Counted from the stretch's first letter, positions 28,872 to 41,343 are shown. The stretch: 64,000 nt of DNA from Patescibacteria group bacterium (GCA_041671645.1 JBAZBD010000001.1:21561-85560); one strand, 5' to 3'. Made by a program: numbers and translations. Notes: generated from the letters alone by a model not told the origin.

Positions 28872-28978
28872 TTACAATTTTTAATTACTAATTTTTAATT
28901 TCTAATCAAATCTTAATCATTAAAAATTTTAAATTGATTAAAACTTAGGAAATACGAATTAAGAATTAAAAGGATAAT

Positions 28979-30232
28979 ATGAAGAAAAATTTGTTAGTAT
29001 GCGTATCGGCGTTCTTGTCAGTTTTATTTTTGCCCACGCTTGCCATGGCGGCTGGTATTTCTGTCTCGTCTGGCAGTCTGAAATACCCAGGAGATGAAGC
29101 TACTGGCACCGTTACGGCTAGCGGCACTACTTTTAATGCCTTTTCGGGGACGATCGGGTCCGGCGGCGTGATCAAAATAGTGAGCTGTTCTCCTGGAGAT
29201 GCCCTCTGGGTAAACAAGCCAAACGGAGCTGGCAGTTTTGCCGGAGCTTTGACTGAGCCAGTTTCCTCATTTCGGATCGCTTCCTGCAAATTGAGAGCTA
29301 GTACGACAGGCAGTGGAACATTCTCTGTCTCTGGAGTATCTCTGGCCGACAAAGGACCTATCGTCGGGACTGATGGCGACAGCACATCCTTCAGCATCGT
29401 TCGCCGTCCGACGCCCCCAGGTGCTATCTCCATCTCTTCGGCGACTCACGCTGACCAAAATACGTCCTACGAAGCGAACACCGTCATCTTGTCCTGGGAT
29501 CGGCCAAGCAATATTACCGGTTTCTCCTATCTTCTCGATCAGACCGCTGACACTATTCCTGGCGCGAAGGTGACCTCCAATGAGATGACCGTCACTTATG
29601 CGGATCAAGCAATCGGGACATATTATTTCCATATCCGAGGACAGAACAATGATGGCTTTGGCGACACTTCGCATTTCAAAATTATGATCAAGGAGCCAGA
29701 TCCAAAGATTAAGGAAGAAATTGCCAAACCCTCCGATATTTCAATCTCAAAAACAAGCGACTTCAAAAATATTATAGCTGACGGCACCGCATCAGGTATC
29801 AAGATCTCAGGCCTGACACTGCCAGAGTATATGGCTAACATCAAATTGGAACCATCGCCAAAGATACCTGAGGGCAAATTGATGTCGGCCAAGGCTGACG
29901 CCAATGGCAGATTTGAATTCCTGATCGACTTTCCGATACCAGCAGGGTCGTATATTTTGACAGTTCAGGGTCAAAACAACAAAACTTTAACCCCAGTCTC
30001 CGATCCGATTCGCTTCGAGCTCTCTCAAAAAGAGGGTGGATCAATCCAAATTGTTACGGCAAGCGATGAAAATGTCCCCATTATTCCACCCAAGAAATGG
30101 CATGAAAAAGTAAATTGGTTGGCGGTTTCTATCGCAATAGCTTCGCTTTGGTTGATTTCCGCAGCCATAATTGTTACTTTGGCAGTAAGGAAAAAGATAA
30201 ATTTGAAGAAATTCACTAAATTGATTGGTTAG
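28979..30232 (+). CDS. cell-surface protein: signal peptide, beta-rich ectodomains, C-terminal TM anchor
   Basis: AAAGGATAAT-ATG RBS. Signal peptide ending TLAMAAG. Ig/FN3-like repetitive beta-rich sequence. C-terminal hydrophobic helix followed by RKKINLKKF. Confidence 0.6.
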   Translation: MKKNLLVCVSAFLSVLFLPTLAMAAGISVSSGSLKYPGDEATGTVTASGTTFNAFSGTIGSGGVIKIVSCSPGDALWVNKPNGAGSFAGALTEPVSSFRIASCKLRASTTGSGTFSVSGVSLADKGPIVGTDGDSTSFSIVRRPTPPGAISISSATHADQNTSYEANTVILSWDRPSNITGFSYLLDQTADTIPGAKVTSNEMTVTYADQAIGTYYFHIRGQNNDGFGDTSHFKIMIKEPDPKIKEEIAKPSDISISKTSDFKNIIADGTASGIKISGLTLPEYMANIKLEPSPKIPEGKLMSAKADANGRFEFLIDFPIPAGSYILTVQGQNNKTLTPVSDPIRFELSQKEGGSIQIVTASDENVPIIPPKKWHEKVNWLAVSIAIASLWLISAAIIVTLAVRKKINLKKFTKLIG

Positions 30233-31660
30233 ATGAAAGAAAAACGAGCCATTTTTATCAGTACCGCTTCGCAAATAATTGTGCGATTTTTCACCTTGGC
30301 CTTTACTCTTATCGCGGTCAAACTGATCACAAACTATCTGGGAACCAAAGGAACCGGTGATTATAACACTATTAATACCTTCCTGGGCTTCTTCATTGTC
30401 ATTGCTGACCTCGGTCTATTCTCTGTAGCCGTAAGGGAAATCGCCAAAAATCCAGAAAAAGAGAGAAAAATTCTTTCGAATGTCCTGGCGATTAGAATTA
30501 TTACCGCGATCTTGGCTGTTATCTTTGCGGTGATAATAATGTTTTCTACAAAGTTCAGCCCAGAAGTAAAATTTGGCACTTTGGTCGGAAGCGGTTTTAT
30601 TTTCTTCAATCTGCTCTCGAGCGTTTACGATGTCGTTTTGCAGTACAAATTGCAGATGCAGTTCTCTGCGCTAGCTGAGTTTATAACTCGAATTATTACT
30701 CTGATCGCCCTGTATATCGTAATCAAAAGTCATGGGAATTTTTACTTGATCATGGCGACACTTACCTTTTCGGCGATACTAATATATTTCTTCAAAAAGA
30801 TTTTTTCTGATCGTCTGGCTAAATTCAGACCGGAATTCGACCAGAAAATATCAAAATGGATCTTCGATCTCGCTTGGCCTCTGGGAATCGTCTTCGTCAT
30901 GAATAATCTGTTTTTCAAGATCGACACTCTGATGGTAGCCTGGATCAAAGGATCGGTTGCTGTCGGGATTTATTCAACAGCTTACAAAGTGATCGAGGTG
31001 ATAGTTTTCATGGGCGGTTATTTTGCTAGTAGTTTGAAGCCTGTCATCTCCCGAGAGATAGATCGCGACAAAGAAGGCGTAGCCCGCATAATTCAAAAAT
31101 CGGTAAATATTATGCTGATTCTTTCCCTGCCGGTCACTATCATCTCAGTCGCCTTTTCCAGAGAGATAATCCTCTTTATTAGTAGCCCAGATTTTGCAAT
31201 TGGCGCGAAGGCCCTAATTGTCTTGTCCTTCACTCTACCATTTATTTATCTTGACACCTTGCTTGGTGAAGTGCTCCTGGCCAGCAACGCTCGGAAGTTA
31301 CTTGTCAAAATAGCTGTTTTTATCTTGGCTTTCAACTTTTTGACGAATCTTTACTTCATTCCGAAATACTCATACATGGGCGCCGCCTTTACGACCCTAA
31401 TGTCAGAAATAGTCTTGTTTGGCGTAAATTATTACTATACTAAGAAAATATTGCCCTATTCATTCGACAAAAAAATGATCGCAAAGATATTCGCGATTTC
31501 CTTGATCTCTTATTTTTTCGCCGTAGCGGTGAAACAGGCCACTTCTTGGCACTTCCTGATTATTATGGCTCTGACACTAGTTCTCTACATTCTTTTGCTT
31601 AATGCATGGAAGATACTCACTCTCGCAAGCTTGAAAGAACTGCGTAAAAGCGACCAATAG
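30233..31660 (+). CDS. Wzx-type oligosaccharide flippase (MOP superfamily)
   Basis: 475 aa, 12-14 TMS, polysaccharide-biosynthesis-protein N-terminus (ASQIIVRFFTLAFTLIAVKLITNYLG). Confidence 0.75.
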   Translation: MKEKRAIFISTASQIIVRFFTLAFTLIAVKLITNYLGTKGTGDYNTINTFLGFFIVIADLGLFSVAVREIAKNPEKERKILSNVLAIRIITAILAVIFAVIIMFSTKFSPEVKFGTLVGSGFIFFNLLSSVYDVVLQYKLQMQFSALAEFITRIITLIALYIVIKSHGNFYLIMATLTFSAILIYFFKKIFSDRLAKFRPEFDQKISKWIFDLAWPLGIVFVMNNLFFKIDTLMVAWIKGSVAVGIYSTAYKVIEVIVFMGGYFASSLKPVISREIDRDKEGVARIIQKSVNIMLILSLPVTIISVAFSREIILFISSPDFAIGAKALIVLSFTLPFIYLDTLLGEVLLASNARKLLVKIAVFILAFNFLTNLYFIPKYSYMGAAFTTLMSEIVLFGVNYYYTKKILPYSFDKKMIAKIFAISLISYFFAVAVKQATSWHFLIIMALTLVLYILLLNAWKILTLASLKELRKSDQ

Positions 31661-31662
31661 CG

Positions 31663-32535
31663 CTATTTAGCTTTGATTAAATCAAAGTCCTTTTTGGCTT
31701 GAGCAAAGGCCCAAAAAGGAGTTTTGAGCGCTTTTGCTTTTCCCTTGCCATAGAAGAACATGCAGGCTAGTATCGGCCTTAGTTTGCGCCAGAAGAAACA
31801 CAGAAGATAGATATGTGAAAAGTTCTTCAGGAAGAAATAGTACTCGTTGTGGAAAAAGTCAAAGTACCAATCAATCCGTGATTTTTGGCGGCCACCACCA
31901 CTTTTGTGGGCCAGATGGATAATTTCGGCCTCTGGATCAAAAATTATTTTGTAGCCAGCGGCCACGACTCTCAAGACAAAATCGCTCTCTTCTCTCATGG
32001 CGTTGCCAATATAATTCTCGTCATAATAGCCAGCTTTGGCGATTATCTCTCGGTAAATAGAGAAGTTCCCTCCGGCGACCGTGTTCACTTCTTCTCGATC
32101 ACGGCTGGTCCAGTTGACGATAATATTGCCAGTCTTGGTGATATGGTTGGCCTTGCCGGAAGTGAAAACCCCCTTTTCATGAGGTAGGACGACTCGTCCA
32201 GTCACTGCAGAAATGCTCTTGTCCTCATAATTCTTGAGGTGCTTGGCTAGAAATCCTTCGACCGGGATGATGTCGTCATCGAGGAATAATACTAATTCCC
32301 CTGTCGCCTTCCGAGCAGCGAAATTCCTGGCGGCTGGCGCGTTTGGCACATCCAAATGAAAATATTTGATAATCGGAATTTTGGCCACAAAATCGAGGAA
32401 AGGTTTGTCGACATCTTCAGACTGATCGATAATCAAAATTTCCTCAATCAAAGATTTTTCTCGAAGCAAAAGATCGATTGTATCTTTGAGCACACCGTAT
32501 CGATTGAGAGTTGGGATGATAATTGAAAATTTCAT
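31663..32535 (-). CDS. glycosyltransferase family 2
   Basis: FSIIIPTLNR ... DDD GT-A motifs. Confidence 0.75.
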   Translation of the reverse strand: MKFSIIIPTLNRYGVLKDTIDLLLREKSLIEEILIIDQSEDVDKPFLDFVAKIPIIKYFHLDVPNAPAARNFAARKATGELVLFLDDDIIPVEGFLAKHLKNYEDKSISAVTGRVVLPHEKGVFTSGKANHITKTGNIIVNWTSRDREEVNTVAGGNFSIYREIIAKAGYYDENYIGNAMREESDFVLRVVAAGYKIIFDPEAEIIHLAHKSGGGRQKSRIDWYFDFFHNEYYFFLKNFSHIYLLCFFWRKLRPILACMFFYGKGKAKALKTPFWAFAQAKKDFDLIKAK

Positions 32536-32543
32536 ATTTAGTC

Positions 32544-33545
32544 TTAATTAATTCCTGAAACTTCGTCGAGCATCCAACTTGATTGTCGCCTTGAGGCCCA
32601 GCCAGAATAGCGACGTTTGCATTTGATAATGAGTGAAGCCAACGATGGGGACAGAGCCAGGATTGATCTCATCAATTCTCGGCTTCTGCTTGAGATGTAT
32701 TTTTCTGATTCCTGATAGTTTGACTTGGCCTTCTCGTAATCCTTCGCTTCTAGGTAATAATTGCCGAGTCGAATCAGGTAAGTCCCGATTTGGCTCTGGA
32801 CGAAAGTTTTATCAACAGGATCGAGCTCCCATGTACCATCTATTTTTTTGTAGCAATAGACCAGATCGATCAGCATTTTGTCTACTCTGTGAGAGAGGCT
32901 GGTACGATGGAATCTCCAACGAAAGAGCGGCTCCGAGATAAAGGTAAGTTGTCCCTCTCGAGCTAGACGAAGCCAAAGCTCATAATCATCAGCGAGCTTC
33001 ATCTTTTCGTCGAAACCGCCGAGTTTCTTCAAAACTGACGCTCTAACCACCGCGCCAGTCGTCGTCAAGATAAAATTCTGCTTGATTAAAGCCTTCAAAA
33101 TACTCTTTTGGCTTGGCACAGACTCAATCTCGGGCCATCGGGCGGCAAGATCAATCTTTTTGACATCATCGAAAATGAAACCATTGGCGAAATTGGCAAC
33201 TGCGTCAGAGTTTTTCTCGAGAGAATCGACTTGTTTGGCCAGCTTGGTCGAAAGCCAAAGATCGTCATGGTCAGAGAAGGCAATATACTTGCCACGAGAA
33301 TTTTTGATTCCGGTATTTTTGGTCCCAGCCGGCGCACCAGCGTTCTTATCGTGTTCTATGAGACGCAGTTTGTCGCCATAACTCTTGATTATCTCAACTG
33401 AATTGTCGGTCGAGCAATCGTCAACTAGAATCAATTCAAAATCTTTGAACGTTTGGCCAAGGACTGAGTCTATTGTTTGTCGCAGATTTTTGGCGCCGTT
33501 GTAAACCGGAATGATGATCGAAACCAGCGGACTTTTATCGCCCAT
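32544..33545 (-). CDS. glycosyltransferase family 2 with C-terminal TPR-like tail
   Basis: VSIIIPVYNGAKNL...LILVDDCSTDNS, DHDD motif. Confidence 0.8.
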   Translation of the reverse strand: MGDKSPLVSIIIPVYNGAKNLRQTIDSVLGQTFKDFELILVDDCSTDNSVEIIKSYGDKLRLIEHDKNAGAPAGTKNTGIKNSRGKYIAFSDHDDLWLSTKLAKQVDSLEKNSDAVANFANGFIFDDVKKIDLAARWPEIESVPSQKSILKALIKQNFILTTTGAVVRASVLKKLGGFDEKMKLADDYELWLRLAREGQLTFISEPLFRWRFHRTSLSHRVDKMLIDLVYCYKKIDGTWELDPVDKTFVQSQIGTYLIRLGNYYLEAKDYEKAKSNYQESEKYISSRSRELMRSILALSPSLASLIIKCKRRYSGWASRRQSSWMLDEVSGIN

Positions 33546-33586
33546 AGTATTCCTGAAAATTTAATAGTTTGATATATTAAAATTAC

Positions 33587-34684
33587 ATGATAATCGGCGT
33601 TGATACAAGAGAATTGGGCGAGAGGAAGACTGGCAAGGGCTGGTATGTTTACCATGTCCTGAAAAGGATGCTGGAAAGAGATCACGAAAATACCTATCTT
33701 TTGTATTCTAACAAAGAAATCGATTTTCCTCACTTCAAAAATGCCAAACTGGTCAAAGTCGAGAGCGGAGGGATTGGTTGGCATTTCAAGGTAAACAGTC
33801 GATTGGGAAAGGATGGGGTCGATCTATATTGGGCTCCGACTAGCCCAATCGTACCAGCAATCGCCAAGATCCCGACCGTTCATACCATCCATGATCTTTC
33901 AAACTTGATCTTCCCCCAAACACACACCTGGAAAGGAATCTTGGTCGACAAAATTTTCACTTATTGGGCAGTCAAGAGGACGAAAAAAGTCATAACTATT
34001 TCAGAGGCGACCCAAAAAGATATCTTGAGTTTCTATCCTTTCGCAAAGGGAAAAATTGAGATTACGCCGCTCGGCTTCGACCAAGCTTTCAAACCCATGA
34101 CTGATAGCGAAATCGCACCAATTCTGGCGGAAGACAAACTCAAACCTGGCTATATTCTCTTCGTCGGGACACTCGAGCCCAGGAAAAATATTGAGACGAT
34201 ACTAGGCGCATTTGCCAAGTTAGACCCCAAAACGCAAGAAGCTCATCCGCTCATAATTTGCGGCAAGAAGGGTTGGCTTTATGAGAATATATTTGCCAAA
34301 GTCGATCAGCTGAATCTCAAAGACAAGGTCAAATTCCTGGAGCACAAGGGGCTCAGAGAGCTACCAGCGCTTTATAATGGGGCTTCGGTCTTCGTCTTCC
34401 CGTCTCTATATGAAGGGTTTGGTTTGCCACCGCTCGAAGCAATGGCCTGCGGCAAGGCAGTCATCGTAAGCAATGTTAGCTCTCTGCCAGAGGTAGTCGG
34501 AGACGCTGGCATTTTGATAGAGCCAAAAGACGCCGATAATCTGGCACAAAATATTACAAAAATACTAAGCGACAACAACTATCGCCAAGATCTAGAGCAA
34601 AGAGGATTGAGAAGAGCGAAAGAGTTCTCCTGGGAAAAAACTGCCGATCAGACCAGAGACATACTGTCGAATATATTGAAATAA
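33587..34684 (+). CDS. glycosyltransferase family 4
   Basis: EGFGLPPLEAMACGKAVIVSNVSSLPEV motif. Confidence 0.8.
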   Translation: MIIGVDTRELGERKTGKGWYVYHVLKRMLERDHENTYLLYSNKEIDFPHFKNAKLVKVESGGIGWHFKVNSRLGKDGVDLYWAPTSPIVPAIAKIPTVHTIHDLSNLIFPQTHTWKGILVDKIFTYWAVKRTKKVITISEATQKDILSFYPFAKGKIEITPLGFDQAFKPMTDSEIAPILAEDKLKPGYILFVGTLEPRKNIETILGAFAKLDPKTQEAHPLIICGKKGWLYENIFAKVDQLNLKDKVKFLEHKGLRELPALYNGASVFVFPSLYEGFGLPPLEAMACGKAVIVSNVSSLPEVVGDAGILIEPKDADNLAQNITKILSDNNYRQDLEQRGLRRAKEFSWEKTADQTRDILSNILK

Positions 34685-34685
34685 A

Positions 34686-35147
34686 CTATTTGTTCTGCCA
34701 GTCGTTGTGGAAATAAAATGATGGAATCTTCTCACGAGATTCCTCTTTTTTTGGCTTGTTTTTTTCGAGCGATATCCAAATTAGAAAATTGAATAATCCG
34801 ACGGGCAGAACGATCAGAATCGCAAAATAGAGATAGTTCACAATTAACTTCGTCGAGAGATAGATATCATCACTAGTCAGCCAAAGATAGGGCGCAGGAA
34901 TCTTCTTGAAGAAGAGTAGGAGTGCCATCGTCGTAATGATCAGTAAATTAACGATGTAACGTAATTTGACCTGGGAAAGAAACAGCAGGACGCCAGACAA
35001 TAGCGCTGCAAAACGAAAACGTCCGCCCCATTCTGGATGGTAGAAGGCTAACGTGAACATGATGATTATCAAAAGAGCAAATACCGATCTGATCGGAGAC
35101 TCGCTACTTTCGTTTTTTTCTTGTGGGGGCTGCTGGGGGTGGGTCAT
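34686..35147 (-). CDS. small integral membrane protein
   Basis: 153 aa, four hydrophobic helices. True start may be an internal Met; it overlaps the upstream gene. Confidence 0.4.
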   Translation of the reverse strand: MTHPQQPPQEKNESSESPIRSVFALLIIIMFTLAFYHPEWGGRFRFAALLSGVLLFLSQVKLRYIVNLLIITTMALLLFFKKIPAPYLWLTSDDIYLSTKLIVNYLYFAILIVLPVGLFNFLIWISLEKNKPKKEESREKIPSFYFHNDWQNK

Positions 35148-36597
35148 TTTTCTTCAGAATTAATACTTTATCATTATAAACTATAGAGTAATTCTTGAAA
35201 TCTGTGGGCGACGAGGTAGCCTCGGGCGGAAAGTAGATATAGTCATATTTGACTTCGTTGCCTTTCGCTAGATAGTCATCTAGGGCTGGCTTTTCAAAGA
35301 GCATATTATCATACACTAGATTGTAGCGATCACCTACCGCCTTGATCCATATGCCATAGCGCCAATAAGCCGCAATCGTTTTATCTTCGGGAATGTTGTC
35401 CCTTACCCAGGTGATGGCCTTTTGGTCCGATCCAGTCATAATTGCCTGGGCTCCCGGGTCATTCTTCTGCCAATTCAATAATACTGTGTTGGCGCTGTAG
35501 CTAGGAGCGATCGCAAGAAATGCGAGTATCGCGATTAATGTACAACGAGCAACCGCTGGCAAAATCACCGTTTTGGCTAGCGAATAGATCCCGACCGCCG
35601 CGAATACGGCCAGACCCATTTCGAAATACGGGTAGAAGCGAAATGAGAGGAAATATATCCCGAAAACATAGTTTAGCGACATGAAAAGCCCTGCGATTAC
35701 AAGGGCAAATCCAACCTTCACTTCATGCTTGACCCAGTTTTTCAACGAAGCGATAAGTCCAATTATAGCCAAGAATGGGACAAGGATGCGTTGTGGTTGG
35801 TCAGAAGTAAGGATCAGCCAAAACGGGCGCTGACCGTATCCCTTCGGATCGCCCGAGACGAAAAGTAAAAACTTTTCAATCAAGTCATTTTTGAAGAAAT
35901 AAGTAAGCAGTCCGGCCAAGGCATATATTGCCAATAAAATCAAAAGAAATTTCCTGCTCTCTTTGTTCTCTGACTCGACGAATGTAAGAACACAAATAGT
36001 TATGAAAAATAATACATATATGATAAACGAAAGCGGATGGGAAAAAATTAAAATTATTGAAAAAATAATTGTAAAGACGATATTCTTTTTTACAAAGAAA
36101 TAGAGCAGGAGTGCAAACGCAAACCAGCCCCACGTCTCTCCGAGAAGGCCCATCCTGATACCGTCGTTGGTCCAGCGACTTGTCACGAAGATCAGGGCTG
36201 ACAAGAAACCGACGATCCAACTCTTCGAGATTGATTTGGCGAGGAGCGCAACCCCGAGGCCGGCAAGAAAAAAGTAGAAGGAAATAGTTACAGTGAAGAG
36301 CCGAGGCAATTCTACCCCGTGGAACACAATGGAAAGCCATTTGAAAATTATCAGCGGGATCGGGTAGAACATCCCACATATATCGCTGAAGCTCATGGTC
36401 TTGATTCGAGTAATATGAGTCGCTGGATCATCGCCTATCGGAAAAGCAGTGACACGCGCGTATTGGAATGCAAAGTAATAGAGCAGATAAACAAAAAATG
36501 CCCCGACCAAACTTCTCCAAAGAAGGGGGTATTTTTTGAAAAAATTAGAGACTTTTACAATAGCCATTTCCTGATAATCATACCAGAAAATGGCCAT
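35104..36597 (-). CDS. polytopic membrane protein, possibly a GT-C-fold (ArnT/PMT-like) glycosyltransferase
   Basis: 497 aa, at least 11 TM helices, short periplasmic C-terminal domain. No soluble-enzyme motifs. The GT-C call rests on topology only. Confidence 0.4.
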   Translation of the reverse strand: MAIFWYDYQEMAIVKVSNFFKKYPLLWRSLVGAFFVYLLYYFAFQYARVTAFPIGDDPATHITRIKTMSFSDICGMFYPIPLIIFKWLSIVFHGVELPRLFTVTISFYFFLAGLGVALLAKSISKSWIVGFLSALIFVTSRWTNDGIRMGLLGETWGWFAFALLLYFFVKKNIVFTIIFSIILIFSHPLSFIIYVLFFITICVLTFVESENKESRKFLLILLAIYALAGLLTYFFKNDLIEKFLLFVSGDPKGYGQRPFWLILTSDQPQRILVPFLAIIGLIASLKNWVKHEVKVGFALVIAGLFMSLNYVFGIYFLSFRFYPYFEMGLAVFAAVGIYSLAKTVILPAVARCTLIAILAFLAIAPSYSANTVLLNWQKNDPGAQAIMTGSDQKAITWVRDNIPEDKTIAAYWRYGIWIKAVGDRYNLVYDNMLFEKPALDDYLAKGNEVKYDYIYFPPEATSSPTDFKNYSIVYNDKVLILKKNDPPPAAPTRKKRK

Positions 36598-36628
36598 CCA
36601 GCGGAAGTGGACGAGACGAAATCAAAGC

Positions 36629-38806
<2,178 letters not shown>

Positions 38807-38807
<1 letters not shown>

Positions 38808-39970
38808 TATTTGATCTTCTTAGCTTTTTCCCATGGCAGATCTAGATCTGGACGGCCAAAATGGCCGTAGGCGGCGCATTGTCGATAGAGTGGTCGACGA
38901 AGTTTCAACTCTTTGATGATCATACCTGGACGAAGATCAAAGTTCTTGGCGATTTTTTCAGCGATTGCTTCATCAGAGATCTTACCCGTGCCCGAAGTGT
39001 TGACGTAAACAGACAATGGCTCTGGCTTGCCGATAGCGTAGGCGAGCTGGATTTCGCATTTGGAAGCAAGCCCAGAAGCTACAACGCTCTTGGCGACCCA
39101 ACGAGCGGCATAAGCGCCAGATCGGTCAACCTTCGACGGATCTTTGCCCGAGAAAGCGCCTCCGCCATGACGAGCATATCCACCATAAGTATCAACAATA
39201 ATTTTTCGGCCAGTCAGACCTGTGTCGCCCTCAGGGCCACCGATCACAAATTTACCTGTCGTATTAACATAAATCTTGGTCGCTTTGTCAATTTCAAAAC
39301 CATATTCCCTGAGCACTGGAGCGATCACTTTCTCGGTGATTTCTTTTCTCAAAGTCTTCTGGTCTTTGTCTTCTGCGTGTTGAGCGGCGATTAAGACCGT
39401 GTGAATTCGGGCTGGTTTGTCATTTTCATATTCAACAGTGACCTGAGATTTGCCATCAGGATAGAGACCTTTGACAATATTCTTCTTGCGAACTTCAGCT
39501 AGACGCTGGCAAAGTCTGTGCGCTAGCGTGATCGGAAGTGGCATCAGCTCTGGTGTTTCGTCGCATGCAAAGCCAAACATTAAGCCCTGATCCCCTGCAC
39601 CAAGATGCTCCAAGTCTTCCTTCACAATTTTGCCGCCAGCGGTTTGTTCGAAGCTATCAACACCCTGGGCGATGTCCGAAGACTGTTCTTTGATCGCGGT
39701 CATGACACCGGAGGATGAGTGGTGGAAGCCACAACCGTCATAGCCGATCTCTTTGATTACGTTTCGCGCAATCTTGGCCATATCAACGTATGCGTTGGTC
39801 GTAACTTCACCTGCTACCACGGCAACACCATTGGTCAACAACGTCTCTACCGCGACTCTGGATTTTTCGTCCTTCTCAAGCAACGCGTCTAGAACTGCGT
39901 CGGAAATCTGATCCGCCATTTTGTCAGGATGACCCTCCGTCACTGACTCGGAGGTAAATAAATAACTCAT
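38807..39970 (-). CDS. metK: S-adenosylmethionine synthetase
   Basis: [17 protein letters not shown] and GGGAFSGKD signature. Start at MSYLFTSE, 8 nt after GGAG. Confidence 0.95.
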
Positions 39971-40061
39971 ACTAAGCTCCAATCCGCCAAAGGGCGGAGA
40001 ATTAAGAATATTGAATATAGAATCAAGGTTCGAACCCATAATTCCAAATTCGAGATTCCAA

Positions 40062-40192
40062 ATTCAAAAAAGGCTTGCCACCGGCAAGACTTTACATTTT
40101 TATCTTGCCCGAAGGCTTGGATTTAGCACTTTACCTTGCGGCAAGCTGCTGGATGGTCGACGGGCCAATTCCCTACCATCACTCTTGATAAT
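40062..40192 (-). promoter_or_regulatory. SAM-I (S-box) riboswitch with intrinsic-terminator expression platform, leader of metK operon
   Basis: - strand reads UUAUCAAGAGUGAUGGUAGGGAAUUGGCCCGUCGACCAUCCAGCAGC...GUGCUAAAUCCAAGC...GAUAAAAAU, matching the S-box P1/P2 and GGCCC / GCA-C / GUGCUAAUUCC core. It is followed by cuugcc-GGUG-ggcaag + UUUUUU, then roughly 90 nt to the metK RBS. Confidence 0.55.
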
Positions 40193-40306
40193 TATTTGAT
40201 TGTAAATCCACAATACCAATGCTTTGGTCGGCTGTCAAATTCGTACATTGTAGATCGTGATTATATTTGTTATGTTAGTGATATATTTATTCAGGAAGAG
40301 AATGAA

Positions 40307-40996
40307 ATGAAACTCGTTATCGTCATCCCCGCTTATAATGAAGAAGCGGCCATTGAACATGTTTTGAAATCATTGCCCAAGAAGATCGAGGGTATCGATG
40401 ATATTATTTCCTTAGTGGTCGACGATGGCTCTACCGACAAGACAGCCGAGAAAGCATCCCAGCACGCGGGCAGACTCGTCCAGCATGCTATCAATTTGGG
40501 TGTAGGAGCAGCCACAATCACAGGGTTGGAAGCTGCCAAAAAACTTGGTGCAGATATTGTCGTCACTATGGACGCAGACGGCCAGCACAATCCAAAAGAT
40601 ATTCGTAGAGTCATCCTGCCGATTTTGGAAAAAAATGTGGACGTGGTGGTCGGGACCAGAATGTATAACGCGGAAGGCATGCCGAAGTTCAAAATCTTTG
40701 GTAATCATATGATGAATGTGATGACCTTGATAGTGTTTCGTAAATGGTCTTCTGACTCTCAATCAGGCATGAAAGCATTTAACAGGAAAGCACTTAGAAA
40801 GATTTGCCTGCATTCGATGGGATACGAAATTTGTTCTGAGATTGTCGGCGAGATTAAGCGCAACAGGTTGAAGCACCTTGAAGTGCCGATCGAAGTCCTC
40901 TATTCAAGCTACTCCAAACAAAAAGGCCAGAGTTGGATGAACGGAGTTAATATTTTAACAAAAATACTAACCATTAAAATCGCAGGGAGAAAATAA
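40307..40996 (+). CDS. GT2 polyprenyl-phosphate glycosyltransferase (GtrB/DPM1-like)
   Basis: MKLVIVIPAYNEE ... VVDDGSTD ... TMDADGQH motifs. Short (230 aa) DPM-synthase-like architecture. AGGAAG RBS. Confidence 0.8.
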   Translation: MKLVIVIPAYNEEAAIEHVLKSLPKKIEGIDDIISLVVDDGSTDKTAEKASQHAGRLVQHAINLGVGAATITGLEAAKKLGADIVVTMDADGQHNPKDIRRVILPILEKNVDVVVGTRMYNAEGMPKFKIFGNHMMNVMTLIVFRKWSSDSQSGMKAFNRKALRKICLHSMGYEICSEIVGEIKRNRLKHLEVPIEVLYSSYSKQKGQSWMNGVNILTKILTIKIAGRK

Positions 40997-41343
40997 TGGT
41001 CATCATCGCCAAAATACTTTCCATGGTGATAGGGATAGTAGTCATCACCAAAACATTCCATGATTTTCGGAAGAAAAAAGAGAACCTCATAATGTCCCTC
41101 TTCTGGATATTTACCTGGCTGGCAGTGATGGTTCTGGCTATCTTCCCGCCGATCATCGACGAGATAAACCGTGCGATTGGCGGAAACGACTCCGGACTCA
41201 ACACTTTCTTCGGGGCTGCCTTCGTCTTCTTGTTCTTCGTAACATACAGAATATATATCAAGGCCCACCGTCTCGAGAGACAAATACACAGGATGGTGAT
41301 GAAGATCGGTCTCAAAGATTTTGAGAAACAGGAAGAAGAATGA
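40996..41343 (+). CDS. DUF2304 small membrane protein
   Basis: 115 aa, two to three TM helices. Typical partner of GtrB-like GT2. Start overlaps the upstream stop. Confidence 0.5.
   Translation: MVIIAKILSMVIGIVVITKTFHDFRKKKENLIMSLFWIFTWLAVMVLAIFPPIIDEINRAIGGNDSGLNTFFGAAFVFLFFVTYRIYIKAHRLERQIHRMVMKIGLKDFEKQEEE

Noticed and set aside
34686-36597. Possibility that the 153-aa and 497-aa membrane ORFs are one gene split by a frameshift.
   Set aside because: They are in different frames, with a 44-bp overlap and no obvious homopolymer at the junction. Without homologs I cannot support a pseudogene call, so they are kept as two genes with low confidence.
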